Notes: generated by a model from the sequence alone, not told the origin. A stretch of 63,950 nt of DNA, filler included, from Octopus bimaculoides (GCF_001194135.2; 11 parts of 10 records of this genome joined end to end with filler, not necessarily neighbours in it); one strand, 5' to 3'; counted from the whole stretch's first letter, positions 38,156 to 48,522 are shown. Numbers and translations: made by a program.

Positions 38156-38344
38156 CATGTAAATTCTGTAATGTCCTTTTTGCCCTGAGGATATTTCACT
38201 CAAACTCTTAAAAAGTGCAAAATTATTTTATTAAATATATTTTGTAATTTGTATTGAGTATAAATTGATACAGTTGTAGGCTATGTTAATTAATTAAGAA
38301 TTAATTTATATCCATTATAACTCTCCATTTTCTTAATTATATAC

Positions 38345-38530
38345 TTACGTGTGTGTCTCTTTGTTTGTCCTCTTATCACCTCTTGACAACTGGTGTTGGC
38401 GTGCTTATACCCCGTAACATAGCGGTTCGACAAAAGGATACTAAGCTTAAAAAGAGCCCGGTTGTCGATTTGTTTGACTAAAATCCCCATCAAGGCTGCA
38501 TTCAAATGACTGAAACAAGGAAAAAGAAAA
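38345..38530 (+). mobile_element. SINE family A, 3' half
   Basis: CTTGACAACTGGTGTTGG...CCCCGTAACATAGCGGTTCG...AAATGACTGAAACAAG. Confidence 0.8.
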
Positions 38531-38832
38531 GATATTGTGTATATATATATATATATATNNNNNNNNNNNNNNNNNNNNNNNNNNNNNNNNNNNNNNNNNN
38601 NNNNNNNNNNNNNNNNNNNNNNNNNNNNNNNNNNNNNNNNNNNNNNNNNNNNNNNNNNNNNNNNNNNNNNNNNNNNNNNNNNNNNNNNNNNNNNNNNNNN
38701 NNNNNNNNNNNNNNNTATACTTACACACATTTATGCATAGATGTGTATTCTATAAAATATAACAATATAAAATGACATGACGCTGTGACGACAATGATAA
38801 AGCTGATACGTTATATACCTTATTTTGAAACA

Positions 38833-38910
38833 GGTGGTGGTTGTGGTGGTGGAGGTGGTTGTGGTGGTGGAGGTGGTTGTGGTGGTGGAGGTGGTTGTGG
38901 TGGTTGTGGC
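38833..38910 (+). repeat. GGT-rich 18-bp minisatellite (GGTGGTTGTGGTGGTGGA)n
   Basis: Three exact units visible. Confidence 0.9.
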
Positions 38911-39823
38911 GATGGGGTGGTGGTTTGCATTGTCTGGTTATGCTGACGATGCCCCTGGCGGAAGAAACCTTTTAAAATGATTAATATACCGTCCAGGGGT
39001 CAAGTAAGGTGACGTGTCAGGGACCTGGCATGTGTCGGTAGCGGAGTGGGGAAGGGGTAGAAGACTGACCAAATCCTACTTCTATCCTTCCCCTTCCCCG
39101 TCCCACGCCCCACGCTAATTGGTCGGTGTCAATTATTTCTCCTGGGATCGGAGAAACTAATAAACACAAAATGAAAGACTCACCACTGTGATTTGGGTGG
39201 TGATGGTGTTGTCGGCGGTGGTATGTGTGTGTGTGTGTTAGTATTCGTGTATTTGCATGTGTGTGTGTGTCTCTCAGGTGATGTTCATTGGGGCTAAATT
39301 GCTGTTATGTTATTATTTAGCCCAGGTCAGGCCTCATCTTGCAGACCAATGACTAAAGAGGCTCCATTTGTTACCACTCCTGTCATGGTGTATCTGGGAT
39401 AATGTTATGCAAAGAGTTCTTCCGTTTTTTATATATATTAGGGTTTTTAGCGTGTTAGGTGACCACCACTGATGCTACACTTTCCATTATTCTCAAACAA
39501 TGCTCTCCAGATCTTGATCCTACCTTTATCCCACCCCGTATCTCATCACCAACCTAAAACATATCCCAACACATAACACAGTGTCCCACTACTTTTGGCC
39601 ATCCATTATTGTTATCGTTGATAACAGCAAACATTGGACAGTTTCTGATACGAACATCGACCAAAAAGTTGTCCCCCAATGGACTCCACATGTCTCTTAG
39701 CACATTCTTTAACTACAAGAACAAAATGAACATTAATCCAATCTTAAAACATAGATGTAATAAGTCAAACATTTTTTGTTTAGTTTCCAAATGACTGGAA
39801 ACATTCCTTTCGACTTTAAATTC

Positions 39824-39877
39824 GACGATTTCACTGTGATCTGAATAAACGTTTATTCAGGTCACAGTGAAATCGTC
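39824..39877. repeat. 54-bp near-perfect palindrome, directly followed by a SINE A 3' tail (39878-39935)
   Basis: GACGATTTCACTGTGATCTGAATAAAC|GTTTATTCAGGTCACAGTGAAATCGTC, 26/27 pairs plus one G-T. Confidence 0.95.
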
Positions 39878-40015
39878 CTAAAGGCAGTGCTCCAGCATGG
39901 CCGCAGTCAAATGACTAAAACAAATAAAAGAAAGAGTAGGCACCAGACCAAAGATAACAGGAATATTCAATGCAAGATCGAATGGCGTCCTTATAGAAAG
40001 ACAAAATACTCGCGA

Positions 40016-40328
40016 AGCCCGTGGCTAAGTGGTTACGGTAATCGTCGTTAAGGTCATGAGTTCGATTTCCAACGGCGCGTTATATATCCTTCAGCAAGAC
40101 ACTTTATTTCACGTTCCTCCAGTCCACTCAGCTGGAAAAAATGAGAAGTGCCTGTTTTTCAAAAGACCAGCTTTGTCACATTCTACGCGACACTGAATCT
40201 CCCTGAGAACTATGTTAAGGGATACGCATGTCTGTGGAGTGCTCAGCCACTTTCACCTTAACTTCATGAGCAGGCTGTTTCGTTCAGCGGATCAACTGGA
40301 ACCCTCGTCGCAACCGACGGAGTGCCAC
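40016..40328 (+). mobile_element. SINE family D, full length
   Basis: GTGGCTAAGTGGTT (A box), GAGTTCGATTTCC (B box), 3' module ...GAACCCTCGTCGCAACCGACGGAGTGCCA. Confidence 0.85.
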
Positions 40329-40603
40329 AAGATATTCTCAAACGTAACAATAGCTTCACCTATTTCTCTAAGAGGTTTAAGGTTATGCAAAGTGGCCCTT
40401 TCCTTGAACCTTTTAACCGAACATTTGAAATTGATGTAAAATTCTGGATAGCCAGCCGCCTGTTCTCCCATGTGTTCCTTTAATAAAAGACTTAGTTTTA
40501 GTCGTCAGTTCTTACTTTTAAGAAACCCCCTTTTTGTTTTCAACAACTATCACGTTTTATTATTTTATCATTATTATTTTTTTTTTTGGTGGGGTGTGGT
40601 TAT

Positions 40604-40639
<36 letters not shown>

Positions 40640-41166
40640 TAGGAAAAAGGTAGAGAGAGAAAGAGAGAGACATAAGGGAGAGAAAGAATGAAATGGCTAC
40701 CGGAAAGGGGTAGAAAGTAGGGAAAGAGTTGGACAGTGGAGGAGCAAAATGGGGTCCAGGAAGCTTTGTCACGTGATCAATGTGTCACTGGGTAACCAGA
40801 TCGTATCAACAAAACGAGGGACCCAAAGTTGATTTACCAAAATATTTTGGGTCGAGTTTCTTAGCCACCGCCGCCCCACCTCTTATTAGCTCCGTTTTTG
40901 TAGTGGTGGTGGTGGTTTGCAAACAACAGGAGAAGGAGAGAGAAGTCGGACTTGGGGAGGTTATACAAATAAAGATCCCTAATTATGATATCGCGGTTGA
41001 TCTGTCAAACAAAAGACCGAGGAAGAAAGATGGCGAAGCGGCGGAGCGGCGGAGGGGTTGTTGGTGGAGTGATGGCAAGGGGGACTTCTCGTTTGACACA
41101 TACACCAATCACACATACACACATACAACTATACACACATATACCCACACGCACACGCGTGCACAT

Positions 41167-41205
<39 letters not shown>

Positions 41206-42018
41206 TATATGTGTGTATGAATGTATATATAAAGGGTCCGCAGTGGCGTACAAATTTCTATATTGGTACACACATACATATATATGTATATATGAATTTA
41301 TATATACATTTATATATATATATATATNNNNNNNNNNNNNNNNNNNNNNNNNNNNNNNNNNNNNNNNNNNNNNNNNNNNNNNNNNNNNNNNNNNNNNNNN
41401 NNNNNNNNNNNNNNNNNNNNNNNNNNNNNNNNNNNNNNNNNNNNNNNNNNNNNNNNNNNNNNNNNNNNNNNNNNNNNNNNNNNNNNNNNNNNNNNNNNNN
41501 NNNNNNNNNNNNNNNNNNNNNNNNNNNNNNNNNNNNNNNNNNNNNNNNNNNNNNNNNNNNNNNNNNNNNNNNNNNNNNNNNNNNNNNNNNNNNNNNNNNN
41601 NNNNNNNNNNNNNNNNNNNNNNNNNNNNNNNNNNNNNNNNNNNNNNNNNNNNNNNNNNNNNNNNNNNNNNNNNNNNNNNNNNNNNNNNNNNNNNNNNNNN
41701 NNNNNNNNNNNNNNNNNNNNNNNNNNNNNNNNNNNNNNNNNNNNNNNNNNNNNNNNNNNNNNNNNNNNNNNNNNNNNNNNNNNNNNNNNNNNNNNNNNNN
41801 NNNNNNNNNNNNNNNNNNNNNNNNNNNNNNNNNNNNNNNNNNNNNNNNNNNNNNNNNNNNNNNNNNNNNNNNNNNNNNNNNNNNNNNNNNNNNNNNNNNN
41901 NNNNNNNNNNNNNNNNNNNNNNNNNNNNNNNNNNNNNNNNNNNNNNNNNNNNNNNNNNNNNNNNNNNNNNNNNNNNNNNNNNNNNCATACACATAAATCA
42001 AAAATATATACGTCCTAT

Positions 42019-42064
<46 letters not shown>

Positions 42065-42339
42065 TTGTATCATATATACACCCTCTCACACACACTCAAT
42101 TAACCTCCGAAAACAAACCCATTTCACTCTCCTTATACAATCGTTAGAAGGAAGATGGTGGCCGAAGCGTGGTGTATTACGGTGCTGTAGCATGACCACC
42201 GGCGACACTCACACTGAGGTAGTGGGGGAGAGGTGAGAGTGTTGACACAAGCTGACAAAGACGTTGATTGAGTCGGTACATCTCATGTAACAAGGTGAGA
42301 CTAATTGAGCAACGGGCGACAGGCGGGGAAGAAGAGACT

Positions 42340-42790
42340 TGTGGGGGAGAGTGGGGGAGAGAGAGCAGAAGAAGAGGTAAGAGAGAGGGAAAGACAGGGA
42401 GAACAGATGGGGAGAAGGAAAAGGAAGAGACATGAGGGAGGAGTGGGAGAGAGAGAGAGAAATGAAGATGAAACAAAGAGATGGAAAGATGGGAAGAGAG
42501 CGGGGAACAGAAAGAGAGGAAGAACGAAAGAACGGAGAGAGGAAGAGGAGAAGGAGAAGGAGAAAGAGAGTGGGAGAGAGAAGGGAGAAGGGAATAAGAG
42601 GGAGAAATATGGCGAAATGGTTGGAGGTAAAGAGGGAATAGAGAGGAGTGGTATGAGGGAAAGAGAGAGAGGATTAGGAGCAGGACAAAGAGGCAGAGAA
42701 GGGGAGAGGAGGATGAGAAGTGTCAGGCCAGGAAGTAAGGAGGTAAAGAGAGGGAGAGAGAGTGAGGGAGGTAGAACGGGAGAAGGCGGT
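42340..42790. repeat. Purine-rich (GA-rich) low-complexity tract
   Basis: Almost pure A/G over about 450 bp. Confidence 0.9.
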
Positions 42791-42965
42791 GTCGTCTGCG
42801 AAGATCACCAAATTTTCGACCCAAAAGGAACAATGGATTCGGGACGGTTAGGGCTGTTTGTGTATTCATTTGATCAAATTAAACTTAGTTTGTCATTAAT
42901 GATGTATTTGTTTATCATTTATCTCATTGGGGGAACCACACAGAGTAAATAAACGAAGTGTGTAG

Positions 42966-43009
<44 letters not shown>

Positions 43010-43349
43010 CCTTTCTACAATAAGCACAAGGCAGGAAATGTGGGGAGCGGGTATATCGATAAATAACATCGTCGTGGTGATGGTGGCGGCGGAGGCGTAG
43101 GTGGTGGTGGTGGTGGTGGTGGTGGTGTTGATGGCAGTGACAGACGTGGCGGCGGTGATGGTGCTGGCAGGCTCAAATCATTCAGCAAGGAATTTATAGA
43201 GCAGAGAAAATGAAAGGAATCCTGATGACAAGAAAATGGAATTCTAAGAACGAAGCAAATTGATATTCAGCAACTTCAAAAAGTCGGAGACAAACGAGTA
43301 AAGAATCTCAGAGCGTATATCTCAACCTTTAAACCAAATTTACATTTAC

Positions 43350-43532
43350 AGTCGACGGATATTTATCCCCATCTTGTTTGTTGTTAACACAACATTTCGG
43401 CTGATATACCTTCCAGCCTTCATCAGGTGTCTTGGGGAAAATTTCAAACCTAGATTCACATTCCTAAAGTATTTTTCGATGTTGTTATTTTTCGATGTTG
43501 TTATTTTTCGATGTTGTTATTTTTCGATGTTG
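43350..43532 (-). mobile_element. Family E 3' module (headless), ending in four copies of a 16-bp repeat
   Basis: Reverse complement of 43995-44120; (TATTTTTCGATGTTGT)x4 at 43470-43532. Confidence 0.9.
43386..43431 (-). ncRNA. Minimal type I hammerhead ribozyme (Penelope-type), intact catalytic core
   Basis: Minus strand GACAC (stem I) CUGAUGA A GGCUG-GAAGGUAUAU-CAGCC (stem II) GAAA UG U U GUGUU (stem I partner). Stem III is the self-complementary AUGU with no loop and the cleavage triplet is GUU. Confidence 0.8.
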
Positions 43533-43745
43533 CTGGCAGAATCGTTAGCACGCTGGGCAAAATGCTTACCGGTATTTCGTCTGCCGTTACGTTCTGAGTT
43601 CAAATTCCGCCGAGGTCGAGTTTGCCGTTCATCTCCTTTCGGGGTCGATTAAATAAGTACCAGTTGCGCACTGGGGTCGATGTAATCGACTTAAGCCCTT
43701 TGTCCCCTCTATGTTTAGCCCCCTGAGGGCAATAAGGAAATATTA
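43533..43745 (+). mobile_element. SINE family B, young copy with a third tail variant
   Basis: GCTGGCAGAATCGTTAGCACG...GAGTTCAAATTCCGCCGAGG...; tail CTTAAGCCCTTTGTCCCCTC...AAGGAAATATTATT. Confidence 0.9.
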
Positions 43746-43850
43746 TTATTATTATTTTATGTTTGACTTTTGCTTTGCATTTGTACAAGTTGGATCCAAG
43801 AGACCTCAAGAGACAACAAGTTATTATTATTATTATTATTGTATACCTGT

Positions 43851-44170
43851 GGGCATATGGCGTAGTGGTTAAGAGCACGGGCTACTAACCCCAAGATTCC
43901 GAGTTCGATTCCAGGCAGTGACCTGAATAATAATAATAATAATAATAATGATGATAATAATAATAATAATAATAAGAAGAAGAAGAAGAAGATCGAAAAA
44001 TACCTTAGGAATGGGAACCCAGGTACGAAATTTCCCCAAGACACCTGGTGAAGGCTAGAGGGTATATCAGCCGAAACGTTGTGTTAACAACAAACAAGAT
44101 GAGGACAAATATCCGTCAATTGTAAATAATGTAAGTAATGTACATAATTCCTCATCTCTTAAATATAGAA
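43851..44170 (+). mobile_element. SINE family E, full length: tRNA-derived head, (AAT)n(AAG)n, and a 3' module with a hammerhead motif (44040-44085)
   Basis: A box TGGCGTAGTGGT (43858-43869), B box GAGTTCGATTCC (43901-43912). Hammerhead GACAC-CTGGTGA-A-GGCTAG..CAGCC-GAAA-CGT-T-GTGTT with core A6 changed to G. Confidence 0.88.
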
Positions 44171-44194
44171 GTGCTTTAAACCAAAGACTTGTGA

Positions 44195-44720
44195 AATCTT
44201 TGCAAAAATTCATGAAATCCGACTGAGTTTACTTCGAGACCAAAAAATGTAAAAAGTCATTGTGAAAAATCATCGAATCATTTAAAATAAAAGAAACGAG
44301 AAACCTTTTAAAACAGATTATGACGAACCTAAAACTTCATTCACGACCTACTGAGTTAAACGTGAGAAAATGTAACCGACCGGACTGTGGACTACACAAC
44401 TATTTATAAGAAAGTTACAGGATTCCATTTCAAAGATAGTCTTAAGGTCAAAATTAAAAATAAGTTTTCGCGCTGCACCGAAATGTTAATATATATTTTA
44501 ACATGCAGATGTTGTTGAAAATAATATATTGGTTAAACTGGCCTGACACACTGAACAAGAGCGACAGTGCATCGTCAGCAAATTAGACAACCATACACAA
44601 AAAATTCCCCTGGATCAACATATAGATAGTGTTTTAGCAGCCTAATGTTTTAAAAACGGAACAACAACAAGTAAAGAAATGTAATCTATAAACAAATATC
44701 ATCCCAAATTAAATGAAATA
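44195..44720 (+). mobile_element. Penelope-like GIY-YIG endonuclease remnant
   Basis: RNLLKQIMTNLKL, NVRKCNRPDCGLHNYL, KFSRCTEMLIYILTCRCC*K*YIG*TGLTH*TRATVHRQQIRQP, then KTEQQ...IIPN*. Confidence 0.85.
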
Positions 44721-44744
44721 TTTTAATAGACATGCTTTTATCAC

Positions 44745-45087
44745 GTTATCCGGGTATACAGAGGAGCTAACAAGAAATTTGAGGAGATTGTTGTCAAAGA
44801 TACAAATGGAACACAACCTAGATACCGTAACAAACAGTGGAATAGACTACAAATGATTAGTGACAAAACAAACAAAAAGACCACGTGGTACAATACCGAC
44901 AAGTTCCAGGGAGTAATGTTTGTGGACGCCACGCCACACGGAGAACTGGCCCGCAGATTTCGAAAAATCCTCAAAAGTACCAAGTTGAGGATAAATGTTA
45001 TAGAAAAACCAGGGAGATCAATTAGATCAATAATATGTAAAACATATCCCTTCAGAAGAACAAGGTATGTTGAGGAGAGTTGCATTG
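44745..45087 (+). mobile_element. Second, different Penelope-like element: RT thumb/linker remnant
   Basis: RYRNKQWNR...KKTTWY...VMFVDATPHGELARRFRKIL...INVIEKPGRSIRSIICKTYPF fits the PLE pattern VMFV..TP.G.LA......L....VVE..G......L.KS.PF. Confidence 0.75.
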
Positions 45088-45187
45088 NNNNNNNNNNNNN
45101 NNNNNNNNNNNNNNNNNNNNNNNNNNNNNNNTTAATTAATTAANNNNNNNNNNNNNNNNNNNNNNNNNNNNNNNNNNNNNNNNNNNN

Positions 45188-45218
<31 letters not shown>

Positions 45219-46744
45219 ATATGTATGTATATATATAAATGAAAAATACACATTGTGTACAGGACATCACCAACGACAGAAAAGTACAGGATAAAATACC
45301 AAAAGAAGATAACGCCTTATCAGTTGTCGGGCTGTTTATCAATCCTATTTCATGCGTTTAACGACAATATAGGGAACTTCATAAGACAGCAGCATCCAAA
45401 AAATATTTAAATATAAAATCCATGGAGAGTTAGAGCTTCAAACGAACAAATAACGACAGAGTGGACAGTAAACAATCGACAAAGACAAACATTAAGGGCC
45501 GTTAGGCCAAAACGAATTGTAATGAGTAACGCATGGGAGAAATATTTTCAAAGAAATAGAATAATTAGAAGAGAATAGTAGAAGAAAAATGTCGGGAGCC
45601 AAGAGAAAGGACACCCAACCCGGTGAACGTCTAGTCCAGAAAAGACAGAGAACTTACTGTGGTCAAGGTTGCGTGGCGTTCGATTATAAATAAGCATAAT
45701 GAAAAATGTACATTGTGTACAGGACATTACCAACAAATGAAAAATACGTAAACATACTACCCCTACCACCACTACCTACCCTAAAAGTTCTGGCCATGTG
45801 CCAGGATTATTATTATCATTATTATACTTATTTTTATGTTATTATCAATATTGTTGTTATTGTTACTTACACAAAGCATTGAAAACGTTCCGCACGCTTC
45901 TGTTCAGTCCGGGTCTTGCAGAGTTATGTTCTACAACTGTTGAAATGTAGGTCGGATTCGGCTGTCAGCCGTATCTATCATGATGATTGCTTCGTGGCTC
46001 TTCTGTAACCATGCAGAGAAAGCAGTGTTACTCTGTCTAGTGACTCTTTCGAAGGTGTTTGTGCGGTGGATGGGATCGAATGGTCTGAGGGCAAACACTT
46101 TCCTATTCCGTCNNNNNNNNNNNNNNNNNNNNNNNNNNNNNNNNNNNNNNNNNNNNNNNNNNNNNNNNNNNNNNNNNNNNNNNNNNNNNNNNNNNNNNNN
46201 NNNNNNNNNNNNNNNNNNNNNNNNNNNNNNNNNNNNNNNNNNNNNNNNNNNNNNNNNNNNNNNNNNNNNNNNNNNNNNNNNNNNNNNNNNNNNNNNNNNN
46301 NNNNNNNNNNNNNNNNNNNNNNNNNNNNNNNNNNNNNNNNNNNNNNNNNNNNNNNNNNNNNNNNNNNNNNNNNNNNNNNNNNNNNNNNNNNNNNNNNNNN
46401 NNNNNNNNNNNNNNNNNNNNNNNNNNNNNNNNNNNNNNNNNNNNNNNNNNNNNNNNNNNNNNNNNNNNNNNNNNNNNNNNNNNNNNNNNNNNNNNNNNNN
46501 NNNNNNNNNNNNNNNNNNNNNNNNNNNNNNNNNNNNNNNNNNNNNNNNNNNNNNNNNNNNNNNNNNNNNNNNNNNNNAGGGAGGAGAATGAATGTTGGAG
46601 CTGACACTTGCCCTTGGTGTTCAGGGTAATCTTGGATTGGTGGGCACCCAAATTGGCCTTATTTGGAGATCCTCCTCTGTCAGGAGAACTGCGTTATCAT
46701 CATCATGTCTAAGTGTATTTCATTTTTCTTTTGTCTCATTCACA

Positions 46745-47200
46745 TCCTCGGATCGAGCTGGATGACGAACAAAAGTGTGGAGTGGAGTGAAAGCTTTTGA
46801 GGAGGTCAGAATGACACATGCAAGACTGAAAAAGGATTTAGAGAAGAATGTTGCGATCGAGAAGGTGAATCTCAGTGACCTCTTGTGTGCACAGTTTGTG
46901 ACAGACCATGCCTTTCTTTTGTTGAGCACAAATCTCATTTGCGGATCCATGAAAAACGAACCTCTACCAACTACTCTGCCTATATATCTGTGCACACCTT
47001 TCAATGCCGTGTATGCCAGAAAGTTTGCAAATCTAACGGAGGCCTCAAAAGACATTTTAAGATCCACAAAGATCGAAACTTAACTGCAGCTCTTGGTGTT
47101 AGGGTATGAAATCGGATATGCAATCTATGTGGGTGAGTTTTCAATACATTGTTTTGTTTAAAAAGCAACATCAGACGCCATGATGGATCTAAGGTGTAGA
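46745..47200 (+). mobile_element. RTE-type LINE ORF C-terminus with three tandem C2H2 zinc fingers (third degenerate)
   Basis: DRAG*RTKVWSGVKAFEEVR (RTE DR..WR..V..G...FE..R), then CTVC-x12-HLRIH, CRVC-x12-HFKIH and CNLC-x12-NIRRH with internal stops. Confidence 0.65.
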
Positions 47201-47250
47201 TACAAAAGGTGGTCAGACTCTGCACAAGACGTAGACAGCCACCATACATA

Positions 47251-47292
<42 letters not shown>

Positions 47293-47392
47293 NNNNNNNN
47301 NNNNNNNNNNNNNNNNNNNNNNNNNNNNNNNNNNNNTTAATTAATTAANNNNNNNNNNNNNNNNNNNNNNNNNNNNNNNNNNNNNNNNNNNN

Positions 47393-47705
47393 TCTTTGCA
47401 TCCGTATGAGCCTCGTCTGCATCCTTTTTGTTCAGTGGGAAAGAGGTTATTCTCTTCCATAAACGAATATGTTTTCTCCACTAGAATAGATGTCAAAATC
47501 TTATAGGTAGTAGACAAACATGTTATAGGCCGGTAGTTTTTTGGATCTTTGGTTTCGTTATTTTTCGGGAGGAGGTAAGTAATACCATTTGCCATCCAAT
47601 GGGGAGTTTTTTCTGGGTCTTTCATAATACTATTAAATAGTATTACTAAGATTTTGTGTGCGGACGAGAGTGATGAGAGCCAGAAATTTGGTACTCTATC
47701 AGTAC
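47393..47705 (-). mobile_element. R4/Dong-type RT fragment (same family as 36770)
   Basis: MKDPEKTPHWMANGITYLLPKNNETKDPKNYRPITCLSTTYKILTSIL...FPTEQKGCRRGSYGCK. Confidence 0.92.
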
Positions 47706-47714
47706 CAACGGCAG

Positions 47715-47855
47715 TCTTGTTTCAGTTTCTGTCAACCAAATCCACTCTCAAGGCTTTGATTGGCTCGAAGTTATAGCAGAAGACAATTGCCAAGGTGGCA
47801 CACAGGGAGACTGAACCCAGAACCATGTGGTTGGGAAGCAAACTTCTTAGCGCCC
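47715..47855 (-). mobile_element. SINE family A, 5' half
   Basis: Reverse complement matches the family A head to AAACTGAAA. Confidence 0.8.
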
Positions 47856-48089
47856 TTAAACTGCAAGTGAAATGCAGGAACGACTCTTCGAGCGTGGCAT
47901 ATCGTCAGACCGGAAACAAATGATCGGGATCGAATTATTGCGACAGAGGGATCCGTTTCGATGGCGGTGGTATTATTTGGTAGCACAGCTTTAGCTTTGG
48001 TTTCACGATTTAACGATAATCTTCGAGGATTATCGTTAAATTTTCACCATTTAAGATTCCAAAGGTGATGCAGATACTAAACTTTAAAC

Positions 48090-48485
48090 TGACACTCAGT
48101 CGGTTACGACGACGAGGGTTCCGGTTGATCCGATCAACGGAACAATCTGCTAATGAAGTTAACGTGCAAGTGGCTGAAGTCTCCGTAGACACGCGTACCC
48201 TTAACGTAGTTCTCAGGAAGATTCAGCGTGATACAGAATGTGACTTTGAAATAGAGGTTGTACTCATTTTTTCCAGCTGAGTGGACTGGAACAACGTGAT
48301 ACAAAGTTCTATATTTCAGAGATGAGGAATTATGTACATTATTTGCATTATTTACATTTGACGGATATTTGTCCTCATCTTGTTTGTTGTTAACACAGCG
48401 TTTCGGCTGATATACCCTCCAAGCCTTCATCAGGTGTCTTGGGGAAAATTCGAACATGGTTTCTCATTCCTAAGATATTTTTCGA

Positions 48486-48522
<37 letters not shown>

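Noticed and set aside
40780-41220. 146-aa ORF
   Set aside because: It runs through (GGT)n and (CA)n repeats, with no recognisable domain or splice support.
42305-42952. 215-aa Glu/Arg/Gly-rich ORF
   Set aside because: A purine-only tract cannot easily form stop codons; no domain is recognisable.
43851-43925. tRNA genes (heads of SINE families A-E)
   Set aside because: The cloverleafs are imperfect and each head is fused to a repeated body, so they are SINE heads rather than tRNA genes.
45880-46112. Possible RT fragment (YHDDC) upstream of the RTE C-terminus
   Set aside because: A single weak motif that is not alignable by eye.
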